From Pocillopora damicornis (Eukaryota): DNA of 64,000 nt. The stretch is taken from positions 868,001-932,000 of the forward strand of contig NW_020845410.1 in NCBI RefSeq assembly GCF_003704095.1, read 5' to 3'. Below the pieces are notes generated by a model. That model was not told the origin of the DNA. It ran no database searches and saw only the letters and a program-made list of their open reading frames with translations. Of this stretch, positions 12,091-46,385 are shown in pieces. Every line of letters starts with the position of its first letter. Position 1 is the stretch's first letter. The translations under genes were made by a program, and so were the position numbers.

Positions 12091-15000
12091 TCATAAATGA
12101 AACTGTTCAGGTGTGCTTGAATCACTATCTCGTGACCCTCTTGTTTGGGTATTGCTGAGACTCAAGCGGCAGACAGGGCAAGAATCATGCTGAAAAAAGG
12201 AGAAAACTTTACATTTAGTATAAAAATAAACCAACTATAGGTATTATCTTTAAGGCAAAGGTTTGAATCCTGTTGAAGTCTGAATTTTTCAAGCTCTTCT
12301 TTCTGCTATTTCTTTAATAGGCCATTTCTGAATTACTTTTGGCCTTTTTTTTCAAAACCAGGCTTGGTGCTTTGATTTGCATGAAAATGAGTTTAATTTG
12401 CATGTGAATGAAAAATTATTGTGATATGAAAGGATGAGCATCTACACTCGCTTTGAAAAAGAGCCCAAAGATAATTTGGAAATGGGCTATTGCAGTTTAT
12501 CTACGAGGATCATGCCTTCCTTTGGAGTCATCCACAGGTCAAATATTTAATCTGTTTAATTTATTTGTGATCACCTTATAGACATAACAAAGAACCAATT
12601 AAAATTTGCCTTGCTCCCAACATGGTTGTTTTTCTCCTGAAGTGAAATATAACTAATTGTTGATTCTAAATTTTAGCCAAGCACAAAGCCTTTGTCAAAC
12701 AACAGAAAAAGGAATAACATTATGCTTTTGAGTGTATCATTATATTGGAATTATTAGGATTTTTATACTTCTTATGATTTTTTTAGTGTTACATAGTAAT
12801 TCTGTATTTTTCTTAAGGGCACACTTAATTTGGAGTGTTATTCTGTCGTGGGTCCCACAGCTTTGTCCTTTGTCTCTCATTCTTGTGACTTCTTCAAATG
12901 TATTTCTTCTTCCTTGTCTTATTTTAGCATTGTGATCATGGTGAAAACCATTAAATAAATAAATAATAATAAAATTATATACCTACTAAAATATGTACTC
13001 ACCATTTTTAACCATGGTTTTATACAACCAAAATGGAATATATGACTACAGGGTAATCTCCTAACATCCTCATCTTTTGAACACTGTTCTTTGCATACAG
13101 CACAAAATTTATCAGACTCTAGACAAAAAAAATAAGAAAGAAAAGGTAAAAAATGTTAAGGTACACAATAATATTTGAGGAAGGTGATCCTATGGCACAG
13201 CTGTCTGTGAAATCAAAGAGAAGGGATGCTCTGATGGAAACACAAACCTAGAACCTAGTGAATGCTGAAGTGTATTCCTGCTTTACATACCAGAATGGAA
13301 TAAACCTGTCTAGTAACTGTTATGTTCTCTTACCTGCTGAATCTTCTGTAACTTCTACTTTTTGAAGATCTTCTATCTTTTTGGAATCTGCAGGGGGTGG
13401 TCCTGCTCCATCCATCTGGTTTAGAAGCTGTGGAATGGATATTATAATTACTGCTCTGAACTGTTCATCCATCATGAGGCAGAAATTGGCTTCTTTGTGT
13501 TAATGCTTTTTGAGATCAGTTTTCATGTTTTTGCACTCACAATGTAGAGTTTGGTTTTGGTATCTGCTGCCATTTTGGGTTTTTCCCTTTATTGACAGCT
13601 GGTTTTCAGTTTCACGAATGAAAAAAGGTAATTTTCTTTTCTTTTTTTTTTTATTGACATGTCTCTTGCATAATTTTTTTCATTTGGGATCATACACTAG
13701 CCCATAGTTTTTTTCAGTTTTGAGAGATTTTCATTTCATTTTTGTTTTGCTTTTTTTCTAGTTGCAATACTTCCTTTTACTACCATTCTAGTTATTTGGG
13801 GTCAAACCAGTGACAAAGTATTAACACTTAAAAGAACTTTTTCTTTTCACTGTTCTCTCACCTGTGTTATTATTGAATCCAATCCCTCTGCACCCCAGGC
13901 ATAATCAGCAGGGTTCCCATGAAGACGCAACAAGTTGCTATTAGATAAAAAAAAAAAAAAAAAAAGAAGAGTCAGATAAAAAGCTGGAAGATTCATTGTA
14001 CTGGAGCTTATTGTACTTTGATAGCATGCAGTAACAAGGAGTATCATTATTTCCCCCTGGATAGGACCACAGTCCCTTGTAGGGTTTCCCCTTCCCATTT
14101 ATATTCAGGGTGGAGAGTGGCACTGTGAAAGAAAGTGTCTTTGCCATGTGATGGAGAGATGTCCATGGGAAAACTTTTGATCAGAGTCCAGTAGGGTAAT
14201 ATAGCCACAAGGCAACTGCCTTGCCCACAAAAGAAACGTACCAAAAAAATGTACAGTGAAGTCTTAAGAATAAATGTCTAACATTAATGTCCCATGTGAT
14301 ATGAAAGACACAGCAGCAGACAAGTAATATCATTGATTCAGGATTATGAGTCTGGCCAATCTTTTTATGTTGTGTTAAGGGCTGATAACTCGTCAAAATA
14401 GCATCATCCATGGGTAGTGATGACAATTCTAAAATAAATTGAACTTAAAAGTTGCGTAAATTACATATCACCATCTACTAATATTGAAATGGTTAAAAGA
14501 TAATAATACTTACAATGGAAATCCCATATTTCCAGATGTTCCTGCTCCATCTTCACTTGTATTACTACCTTGAATAAGTATAAAAACAGCAGCAAATCAA
14601 AGAGACACTATGGTGAACTTGTGGATATACTGTGTAGAATATAATGATTCCAATAATCAGAATTGAGCTATACCTTCACAATCATATAATATATGAAAAG
14701 ATAAATCAAACAAGCAAAATACCTGGTGATGCTAATCCACCAAAAAGATTTTGAAGAATTCTGTAAAACAAAAGAATTACAATATGTAATAGTACTGGCA
14801 CATAGTACTTCTCAAGATGTTTTAGATCATAGCTAACAACTTACACATCAATTGCTGCAGCAGTTGTGGCATTGGCAGCATCTCCTCTTTCTCCTGGCCT
14901 TTGATTGGTACGAATACTTATTCTTGTTCGTGGTCTACGGGATCGTCTCCTTCCTTCATCTAGAGAGTCCAAATTTCCAGCTTCAGTGGACATTATGAAA

Positions 15001-18000
15001 TTAATCATAAATTAATATTACCACTATTTCCTCTGATTCATTAAAGAATAATGCTCAAATGAGAATAATTTTCTATAACCACTTTATATGCTGTAATTAA
15101 TTTTTTCTTGGTTAATAATTTTTGTAACCAGCTGTGTTGATATTTAGTTAACTTTGCTTTGTATTCGATAACATATCCAAATTTAATACTTATCATCTTT
15201 CTAAATTTCTCTTATTACCTGGCAGTTGTCCAAACAAACTTCTGTGAACCAACTGAAAATGAATTGTAATGAAATATTAATAAGACAATAATGATATAAA
15301 AAAAGAGTGTTGAGACATGTTGAGGAAAATGGGATTCTCTTTCCTGGGGCTGGCCTGTCTGTAATTACAATAACCAATCTAAGTCAAACTTTATTAAATA
15401 CATGGGTTGTAGTAAAAGACAGGCACTTCCCTTATTTGGACCTGCAACCTATAACAATACTAAAAAAAGACACATTTTTGTCTAGTCACCAGCCTTGGAC
15501 AAAGAAAAAGTTCTGAGTCCCCATGAGAAATTGAACTCAGACCTTTGAATATTGTGCTCTGATGCTCTACAACTGAGCCACAGAGATTTTAGAAGGCCAT
15601 AACTAAGTTCATGTGTGACAGGTGTCCGGCATACTGCTACAGTCTGGAATGTCCATAACATCATGTTTGTAAATAGAATAAGAAATATGTCATATATTGT
15701 GTGTCACACCACAGAGGTTTGCCAGATTTCACCAATAAATATTGAGTCGTTGAGCAGTAAAGGCAACATATATGTTCAGTCAATTTTAGTGGATGAAGTC
15801 CACATGTACTTCTCACCTCTGCAAAGTGGGTGGCTGGGTCTCTTTCAGCTTCTGCTGTACTTTCTTCTTCTCCATTGCTGTTAAGAGTTTAGCACTCAAT
15901 AAGTAACTCACTCAATCAGGCTCTTGGGAATACAGTTGGTCAAATGTTTAAACTCTTGAACAAAGGAATTTTGCAAGTTACATATCCAAGCTTAAAAATC
16001 ACTTCTGCCACCAGTGGGAGTTATACAAACAGACAGTCAAAGAAGAAATTTCCTTTATTATCAATGATTCTGAGTCTTGATATGTTAACCAACCACTGAC
16101 CATCAAACCTGTGGACTCTGAGCCTCTATATAATGACCAACAACTGACCATAGTACATCTGTGGACTCTGAGTATTAGACTTCATTAGACATTGATTTTT
16201 CATTCCCAGAGATCAAACACTATTGAACATATATGTACCAATAGATTATCAAAGTATATTATTATAATCTAAATTAATTACCAACAGTTCCTTCCTCAAG
16301 CTGCAATGAAAAATGGTATAGAAACAATGAATGTATTCAGGACAATTTAAAGGGCATGTAAACTCAAAAAACGTTCATTTTCTTTTCACATAGATGTTTA
16401 GTAAATATATCAAGTACACCAAAGGTACCATTCGTTTTTTCTCAAAAGTCCATTTTCACTTTGAAAAAGCTCTTCCAAATTCAAAACATTCGCCATTTTG
16501 AATGGCGCCATCTTTCCTGTGATGTCATGGGTGGAACTTCCAAAGTTTCGTTTAATAATCGCATGAGACACAGAGTCTTTTCCACAGCCGTTGTTTGCCG
16601 GTCTCGTCATGATTTTTTTACTCACAGTTTGCTTCAATATACTCAGTTTTTTCATAATGGTAAAGTGTTGTGTCGTCCAGTTTTGTACTGATTTAAACAA
16701 AACGGCATACAATGCAAATATTTCCAAATGATGCAAATTTGAAGCCACAATTTGCGAAACTTGTTCAAATGAAAATAGCCGATTTCGTCGAGCCGTTCAA
16801 ACATTCTGTTGTTTGTAGCAGTCATTTTTCTTCCTGGTGTTGTACCGACAATTCAGGCCCTACCAGAAGCAAATTATTCGGAACTATAAACAGCTAGCTG
16901 TAGTACTGTATTATTAAATCAATGACAGAAACAACTCAAGCAAATCGATCTCAAAATGTAACAAAACAGATGAAACGGAAAACATTTAGCTTACTCGTTT
17001 CCGGTGTGAGTCTCTGTGCCTTACTGCTGCCTGTACACGTAATAGGCCTTCTCCAGCACCCAGAAATCGAGGCAAATTGACTAAAACCTGGATACTCAGT
17101 GATACAACTTATCTGGGTTTCAGACCCTCGCTCCTCTACTTTTTGCCACAATTGCCCGATTTCCAAACGACAAACACTTTCACAAGTTGTTGGCATTGGT
17201 TGACAAGTTCCACACTCGTACCTTTGACAATTTTATATAAAACACCCTTGGAAGCTCAGCAGGTTTAAAAAATTTCTGTTGCATTCTTTTAGATTGTGCC
17301 CTTGCTTTATTGGATTTTCATATCAAATACAAGTAAATCACACAGTGAATTAGATACCAGTCTGAGTTTCCGAGGAGGTCGCATCACTGTCAACACTGTG
17401 TTCGTGCGGATTGCTTCGGTGAACCCTACGCAGCTCGTATTGTTAAGGACCTGGCCCAGACTCTCCTAAAGATTCTAGATCATCCCCATCGCCGTCATAT
17501 ACTAAGCTAAGGGCATTCGAGTCGCTATCTTCTGAAAAACATCTTCGAACTACCGCAACTTATATGAGCTACCAAACCAGTTCTACTAGGAAATATGTGT
17601 TGCACAATATTTTAGTTCCACCACTTACGTCACGATTCTCGCTATTGTTTTTACCGGCAATGGAATTTCAAGCGAAAATGCCGATTTTCTCCTAAAATAA
17701 GTCAAATTGGACAAAACGAATTTCAGATTCATTCTCTACGCCACTTTTTACATAGTATGAGAAAAACATGTATTTTTGGGTTTACATGCCCTTTAAGGTA
17801 ATCATGCACTTAATTATCATTTGTTAACTTTCCTAACTGTTACAATGTAATTGATCTGTTATCATATAGCAACCTACCTGTCACTTAACTGTTCAATAAA
17901 TTCTCCCTGGCATTGTGAACAAGTAAAATCCTACAAGAACACAAGAAATAAATTTGAAACATAACTACTGAACCAGTCAGCTCATTAGAAGGAAGCTATG

Positions 18001-19085
18001 TCATTTCTAATTGTATAATATTTATTGCCAAGTATTGATTGATAATTATTACAAGCTATGACCAGGGTTTACTGATTTTTAACAAGTTAGGACTGTAAAA
18101 TCAAATCCCCTTTTCCATCAGATCTGTATACTTGTTGAAAATTTTAAATTTTTGCATCTTTCTTATACTTTTTGCATACTTATTAAGAAGTAATGTTATC
18201 ATCTGAAGACAATCTTACACCTATGCCTTAAAACAGCTGCCATCTAAAAAAAACTTGCAGCATCTAAGCAAAAATGGGGTAAATGTAGAGTATATTCCAT
18301 TAAAATTCCTCTGAATAGTTTCTTAATCTAAATACCAGGATTATATCATAAGACAGATGCTTTTCTGGAGTGCATATCGAGACATGCAAAAGTGAAAATA
18401 ACCATCCATTACATTGAAAAAAATTAGTCTATGTAATCGATGCATAACTACGAATCTGGACTTCGGTCAAGTACTCCTCGATTACGTCGTTGCTACCAAG
18501 AAACTTTTACTCCATTGCACAACACCGTGCTTCAAATTTACGGTAAACGATTAAATTGATTCACAGAAAGTTTCTTCGACAGCTGATGCATAGTTTACAC
18601 AGCTTGATAGCCGAATTTCCATTTTTCATCGGCTCTGAACAAAAACTTTCGGTAAATCAGAAAAAACAATCGCACAACAAATACGCCTTTATGTGGTACA
18701 AACTATTATCGTGGTTTTCGTGGACATGGCGGAAGCGATTTAGTTCACAAAAGGACTCAACTTTTTCCCTTTAAAACGATGGTCACCGACTTAACCATAA
18801 CTTCAATTTAACACACTCTTATCGTAGCAGCGTTAGCTGACACTTATAATCCCAATAAAGGAAATTTGGGTTGCTAAAACTGATCACTCATTTGATAAAG
18901 TTAAAATGGTAGAATTACGGTTCCATATCGAGTAAGTACGTGATTGCAACGCTGATTCCAACGAAAAATCCACTCTTTGCAAATCCATACAAACTAACAC
19001 TTACTGGTAAATTCAGAGAAACTTCTCGATTGCACTCATGGCAATAAAATCGTTCACTTGCTCTTTCGACTGTGGCTTCGGCCAT
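12091..19085 (-). CDS. RNF126: RING-H2 E3 ubiquitin ligase, RNF115/RNF126 family (~11 exons)
   Basis: N-terminal zinc ribbon MAEATVERASERFYCHECNREVSLNLP (19085-19005) + DFTCSQCQGEFIEQL (17930-17878); [34 protein letters not shown] (~13940-13333); RING-H2 [31 protein letters not shown] ending TGA at 12093-12091. Probable co-ortholog of RNF115 and RNF126. Confidence 0.93.
12316..12491. mobile_element. MITE nested in a decayed tRNA-derived SINE
   Basis: TIR aataggccatttctgaatta / taatttggaaatgggctatt; flanks (~12255-12315, ~12492-12530) join into a sequence like the SINE body at 35860-35950. Confidence 0.7.
13975..14226 (-). mobile_element. decayed SINE-like element
   Basis: Minus strand ggcaagacacttt..cacagtgccactctccaccctgaatataaatggg..atccaggggga..tactcc..catgcta resembles a cnidarian SINE core (recognised from memory). 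Confidence 0.55.
15480..15680 (-). mobile_element. tRNA-derived SINE-like remnant
   Basis: Minus strand tggctcagttgtagagc (A box) ... gagttcaatttc (B box-like), followed by a non-tRNA tail. Confidence 0.55.
16086..16173. repeat. ~50-bp imperfect tandem duplication
   Basis: accaac(c/a)actgaccat...ctgtggactctgag occurs twice. Confidence 0.7.
16657..16850 (+). pseudogene. THAP zinc-finger remnant (transposase N-terminus)
   Basis: MVKCCVVQFCTDLNKT / frameshift / HTMQIFPNDANLKPQFAKLVQMKIADFVEPFKHSVVCSSHF: C2CH THAP pattern; conserved W lost; no DDE domain follows. Confidence 0.8.
17020..17510 (-). pseudogene. KolX / P2X7 C-terminal (ballast)-like Cys-rich remnant
   Basis: P*QYE..LGNSDW, an intron, then YECGTCQPMPTTCESVCRLEI..ISCITEYPGF / frameshift / ICLDFWVLEKAYYVYRQQ*; resembles the WCxCGxCxxMPTxxExxCCxE..CITxHPGF..CL..WVLxxA pattern. 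Confidence 0.7.
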
Positions 19086-21995
19086 CTTGAGAATTCAACA
19101 GACATTTCTTCCTACCATTTTTGGGGGGAATGACGTCATCAAAAAGAGGACGCTACAGGTAGTCTTACATCGCATTTCAACTTCTTCTTTTTCAGATTTT
19201 AGGAACCCTTCCCTAAGACTAACTTATCGAAGCACAATTTCGAGGCTAAAATATCGTTCAAAGGAAGAAAAATTTGTTACCTGAAGAGATTTCACAAACC
19301 TCCTTTTCTCTTCCGTTTATTCGTTTGAGGAAACAGCTTCTGACAGGCATTCAGTTCGAAGGGAAGATCGATATGCGGGCGCTGGAAAAGCGAGAATGGG
19401 GTCTTATAAAGGCGTCAAAAACTTAGGATCGTTTTTGTTCATACTTTTTTAGTTTGTTTTTTGCTATTTTTCAGCAAGTGCTGACGAATGGAAAGCTGCC
19501 GCGCGCTCTTTGATTTGCTTGCAATGAGTTGAACAACCCGGCCGGGGTAGATATCGCACTTGATACAATTTACGACAACCCTGATTCTATTACTATTATG
19601 TTTGACGTCTTGAGCGCTGTATAATTTCATTTATAGACTGGAAACGAGGTTAAAAGGTATTTATGTTACCCACTATTTTAAGGAAAATTTACGTGATCCA
19701 ATAACTTATCTGTGAAATGACGTCAAAAGTTCTATTTTTAGTGATACAGGCAACCGTCACTGTAATTTGATCAACGTAAAAGTGGGCCTTGTGTGAATAA
19801 AACTACGTAATAACTCCCAAATTTTTCGTTAAAATTTGCAAAACAATGGATGGATGGTCCTAAAGGTCTCACTAAGGTCTTGAAACTCCGATCACTATCA
19901 TTATAAGAAGAAAACGTTCATAGCCTCCCTAAAAAATGTGAATAAACAGCAACAAAAATTTTTTATCTTAACTTCCTTGTAATTTCTTAAGTTTTATTTA
20001 TTAATTTTTTATCCCTACGCTCTTCTTGATTTTTGAACTTTTCGTCATTGTCTGTGTTTGTTCACCTGCTAACAAGCTCCAAGTTCTGTGTGGTTGTCAA
20101 GATACAAAGATAACGCATGCGATAATGGTGTCATAGTTCTATTTGATTAAAAAAGCTGTTTCATTCATGGGAATATGCAAATTCTGTCCCCTGTTCAATA
20201 TATGTAATATCACCATCGAGGAAGAGGTCTGACAAACATGTTTATCTCTGATGCGGTCATTTTACGATTCACGGACAGTTGATTAGCGATGTTAACATAG
20301 TCTTGTAAGATTCAGTGCATTTCAACTGCGCGTAACACACAAAAAGATAACTTTGACATCGCAAATTATTCTGGAAATGGCCTAGAAAGGGTTTGATAAG
20401 GTACGTTGGTGGAAATTCTCAGATTTTATCCGTTGACTCACTGATTTCTTCATTTTCTTACCCAATGATTTGTTCGAAATTCGAGCTTCAGTTCTTGAAG
20501 AAATAATAGCGGAATTTTGTCGACTATCAAAAAGACTCTCGACCGTAAGTAATAACTGTAAATGCAGTTACTAGTAGATCAACAAGAATGAAGCCAACGA
20601 TTTCGACTCAAGCGGAAAATCTTGACTTCACTATAGAAGTAATACCATCCTCTGAGAATTATGGGGAAAATTTTTATTACACATTTTGTAAAGTAGCCAG
20701 ATCTCAAATCGAGTTTATGTTAAATCAATGAGTCATTAATTGGGATAAGGTTCGCTTCTGCGCATATTAAATTGCATTATTTCCTTAAGTGTTGGCTCTG
20801 TTTGTTTTCTGATAGCTGATTTACAAATTAATCGAGGAGAACTATTTTATGTTTGTAAATTTTAATTTTGTAGCTTTTGGAAATTAAGTGGCCATAACAT
20901 CATGATGACGGAGGTTAATCACATCCCTCGAGCGTGCTTAAACTATGCTTATCTCATTTTCGGAAAGTCAGCATTTCGAGAAACGTTGTGCATACGGGGA
21001 AAAGGTACGTCCTGCTCTGTATTTTTTTGTTAATACGGTTCAAATTTAATTACTAACCTTAAAACGACAAAGGCAAACCTTTCTTTGAAAGATGTTTCTC
21101 TGGCTAGCACTATGTCAATGTCTCACATGGTATCAAATGTCAGAAAGCTCAGCAGTTAGCGTCAGTTTTTCAAGTAAGATCCCCTTTTTCTGAACAAGGG
21201 GAACTCAGTAAAGCATGTGATATTATAGTATTTCACAGTTGCGTCATTAAAACATATTTTAAATCAGACAGTTCAGAAAGGCAAAACCATAACGTGGTTC
21301 TTCTACGGAGTAAGGCTTTAGAATTCAACGAACGCGCCTGCCGACAGAGCTCTAGGTTCCACCCGGAAAAAATGAGATGGCTATAGATGACCGACGAGCT
21401 GCCTGAGATGAGCTCATGATAAACGGATAACTACAGAAGTGAGAGCCTATCAAAATACAAGTTATTTTAAATATCTAAATGAAGTCACATCTTGTTGCGT
21501 TATCTTCTTACTAAGGAAGTATTTGATGATTGGAATTTGAAGAAAATATTCTTCTCTACAATATCTAGAGGTGTGTTTACGTTTTTCATAGGTAGTTTTT
21601 CGGTCCAGCTGGTCTTAAAATAGCTTTAATTGCTAAAGATTTCCGTTGATTATGGAATATTGTCCGATAGCGCGCGGTAAAAGCCAAGATTTGATCTCTG
21701 TTAAATGGCCGGTCCTTTTTATATGTATATGTACTAGACCTGATTTGCAATTCTGATACCCCACAAATACCGAACGAAAGACGCAGTGGCTAGCTGGAAA
21801 CAACTTACTGCAAATATTTAAAGGGGGATTTCTTCTCTTGTCGTCTTCTAAGCAAATTAAATACAGTTTCAGAATCAAGAACGAGGAAATTGCTTTGTCT
21901 ATGACCTTTTGCACCAGGGCGCGCGTGAACTCAGACTGGAATAAGGTTCGCAAATTAACTATTGGACTGATAAGGAAACACAGCCACAGCCTACA

Positions 21996-22779
21996 GGAGT
22001 GTCTCAATGCCTTTTACGGGTAAATTCTGGCCATTTTACGGCTAAAGGTCAATTTCTCTTCGTTAAGGTTAACAGAAATTTTAAAAAGTAATTTTGATTG
22101 TATTTAAAAAGTTAAAGACCAATTCTACTGCTCTAAAAGGCATTTACAACTGATCAGTTTCGGGATTGAAAAAAGACACAAACAAAGTAATACGGTACTA
22201 GAAGAATAATAATTAATAATAGTAATAATTTATTAGTTGTATAGCCCTATTTACATGTACAGATCTATAGTGCTTTACACTGAATAAAAATTAAAAACCT
22301 TATATATCTAAATAAAATTTACAATAGTAATGGTAGCTAAAAATATATAAGAATAAATTATTTTAATGTAATATATCTGAGTAAATGATTACAAAAAGCT
22401 TCATTAAACAGAAACGTTTTAATAGCTTTTTTAAATTTATACAAACACTTAATCATTCTAGTTTCATGAGGAAGTCTGTTCCATAAGTATGGTGCTGCTG
22501 CCTGAAAAGACCGATCTCCAAATGTCTTGCCAAATGATGGACACATATGGCATACTTCTTCAGTAATCTTTAGCGACTTGAGCCAAATGTCCTTGTTTTC
22601 GTTAATTACTGGGATAAGTGTGTAAGTCGTAACCGACGAGATTCCAAAAGATTTTGACACTTTCAAAATAACACAAAGTAGATTTAAAATATTATAATTT
22701 TACGGTAAACTTTTTTTTACGACTAACGGTTAAACTTAATTAATATTTGCCGTTTCACGGATAAAACCATTAAGACTCT
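21996..22779. mobile_element. TIR element hosting a LINE fragment
   Basis: Loose inverted ends gagtgtctcaatgcctttta / taaaaccattaagactc; internal ttttacgg repeats. Confidence 0.45.
22200..22545 (-). mobile_element. 3' end of an L2/CR1-type LINE
   Basis: KTFGDRSFQAAAPYLWNRLP..FKKAIKTFLF is the typical ORF2 C-terminus; followed by a 3' UTR and a (TTA)n-like tail. Confidence 0.75.
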
Positions 22780-23712
22780 TGCATAATTATTGCTGCCGTG
22801 ATTGTTGTTGTTATTTTTTTAACTTCGGGAAAGTAATACGTTTTCCGTTGAGGGAATGGTGTCGATAAAACACCTCTGTATAGTACTTAACAATTCGAAA
22901 TTTTAAGTACCGATCTTTAAATTCTTATCAAATTTGAAATTATTATTATCATCGTCATTAAATTTATCGTTAAGTGATGCAATGAAATTTTTAAAGAAAT
23001 GTCTTAAAATTGTCCTAGTTTATGTCGTAAAATAGGTTGTGTTTAGTAGCTCGTGGTATACGTAGATATCGGATGTGGTCGCGATCCACATCAGAAGTGA
23101 TCGCATTGAGAGACAAAAGATTATATTTCTCTTTTGAAATTGTCCTGGTTGTTGAAATGCATTAGTTGCAACTTGTTTTCACGAGTCAGTGGCCTTTTCC
23201 TGTTTGTCTGAGATTTCACCTCGTGAAAATGCACGTGAGTTATTAGTTACAATCGGGAGCGAAAAAAAATATTCCGTCAATGTTTTTTATCGCAGTTCCA
23301 CTATAACCGGAAAAGTCTTAAGAAGTTTTTACATACTTAACCTGTGTTGATTTGGTACATGACTTTAAGTAATCTCACCTAGAGGATGATAAATTGCATT
23401 CACGCCCTGTGTTTTTCATTCACGAAGTTCTTTGAACAGTTTATCGTGACTAATGAGTGAAACATACCAGCTAAGTAGTTTTACTACTGAGATTGTCAAG
23501 TTAAGAGTTTGCCTCCACCCCTACCCCCGTAAGTTTCTGAATCCCGCCGTGACGTCAACGTTTATAGTAGTCGGTTGTTCATTTCGAGTCAATGTTTGAC
23601 AGTCAGAAGCGATGAGTGAACTATACTCGAAAACAACCACGGACCCTCATCAAAGGGTTGATTTTTTGACAGGATAGTACAGAAATCATTAAGTATTACT
23701 TAGGAACTAGGC

Positions 23713-44454
<20,742 letters not shown>

Positions 44455-46237
44455 TTGTCAGGAATTTATCGCTAAATTATAAGATTACCTATGCTCGTAT
44501 TTATTTATCATAGTTTTGCCGTAAAACGATGTAGACAAAATTGAAGCCCAATGTTATGAATTATTCTGTAAGTTTCAGTTATGTCTGATATTCGGATGAA
44601 TAGAGAAATTTTGGAACTTACTTAATAAATATATGCTGGCCATAAGAATTTTTTTTACAATTTAATATATAACATAACCGACAAAATAGGACAAAAATAA
44701 ACAGTAAATTGATTCCTATTATTGAATTTATTGTTTCATTCATTTAAAAGTCATGATTTGTCTGATTGGATTGCTCCTGTGTGGACGTTATTTCTGGAAA
44801 GCATGGAAGTTATGTAAATATTTGCGTAGTGCTAACTTATGATAAACATGCTAAGGGAATTTTTGGCGGATCTTCAAATATTTGATGGCATCGTAATGTC
44901 GTAAACTTCCAGTATTGACATTGGTTAGGTGGAATGTATTTAAATTGTAACTAGAATGTAGTTGAGATTTAGAGAATTATCCTAACATTTCCTCTTATAT
45001 GTGAAGTATCCTTCATATTAAGATAGTTCTGCAGTACTTAAAGCTGATTGTATAAATTTGGAAAAAGTCTGCACAAAGTTACGAAAATGACTGTCGATAG
45101 TAATCTGGGATAGCGTTGGTTTTGTTTCATTACGGTCTCTGATTAGTCGAGAAATTTCACTAGACCCTCTCAGTCAATAATACGTTAAAATAATGGCCAA
45201 TCAGGAGTTGGTTACTTTTGCTTTTTGATGGGTGGAGGTTGTGGTAGGGTAGGTGTGAAATCACGCGAGGGAATGTTTCCTCTCTCGCAGATGCTCGCAC
45301 AAGTTGCGCTTTGGTTTCACACCCCAAAAGTGTTCTCCATCGTCAAGTTCTGATTTACAGGAAATTTTGTTAACGAACTGCAGGTTGGCAATTTACTGTG
45401 TAAGAAACGTCGCCCATGAAAATTATATAACTAAATTCAGGAAAAATGAATCTTGAAAGTGGTTTTCATTGTCACTCACGCAACCACACCTTTTAGACGT
45501 ATGGCGTGTTTGCACCGCTGCGATCAAATATTCGACTGTACCGACTAAAATTCGTCCACGATTTCTGCGTTCGAATTTTCTTAACAGCCTGTGTACAGCA
45601 ACCCCCTACCCTCTAAAAGATAATCGGAGTTTTAATCTACTTTTGGTAGGTAGGGGGGCGTTTTTATACAGACTAATTTTGAGTGGCTAGGTGTATAAAT
45701 TTACGAACGGTTAGCAAAGTACCGCATGAGCAGAATATCCAAACGCAAGAACCTTGAACCAGAAGGAAATTAATATAGTGTTGTTGTAACTCAGCTTAAA
45801 GAATTTCCTGGTGCAATTATAGAAGTACATCAGTTTAAAGACATTAAGGGAGATATATATCGTAGTTAGTACCGTAAGGCTTAGACACAGGATAAAATAA
45901 TGATTGTCCAATGAAGTGGACATTTACTATCTAGAAAAATTATTATGCTCCAACTTTGTGTTTTAAAATTCATTAATTTTCGATATAAGTAACTTCTGTG
46001 AGTTAATTATTTCGGGTTGGATACGTTTTCCAGTTGTACAGAAGGGCGTTATTTTTGATAGTGGAGAATTGAATAAAAGAAAGTTGACGTAGATGTTTTC
46101 TTTTAATTAGACTTTGGGTTTGTTAGCAACTCCAACTGAGAGTATTTTATGCCACTTTCAGTGGCATAAAATACCTGCTAGTGCCCATGCACCCACCCCT
46201 TAATAGCACCCCACCCATTTTCTCTAGTACCCATGCA

Positions 46238-46385
46238 NNNNNNNNNNNNNNNNNNNNNNNNNNNNNNNNNNNNNNNNNNNNNNNNNNNNNNNNNNNNNNN
46301 NNNNNNNNNNNNNNNNNNNNNNNNNNNNNNNNNNNNNNNNNNNNNNNNNNNNNNNNNNNNNNNNNNNNNNNNNNNNNNNNNNNNN
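46238..46385. other. assembly gap next to a poly-C run
   Basis: 148 N followed by a C homopolymer. Confidence 0.99.

Larger units (their letters stand above)
16351..17792. mobile_element. decayed Kolobok-type DNA transposon in RNF126 intron 2
   Basis: TTAA TSD at 16347-16350 and 17793-17796; TIR agggcatgtaaac / gtttacatgccct with looser similarity further in; AG termini rather than piggyBac CCC; convergent THAP and KolX-like remnants. Confidence 0.85.

Noticed and set aside
16351-17792. piggyBac assignment or a domesticated THAP gene
   Set aside because: Termini are AGGG rather than CCY, and the THAP frame is broken and lacks the conserved Trp.
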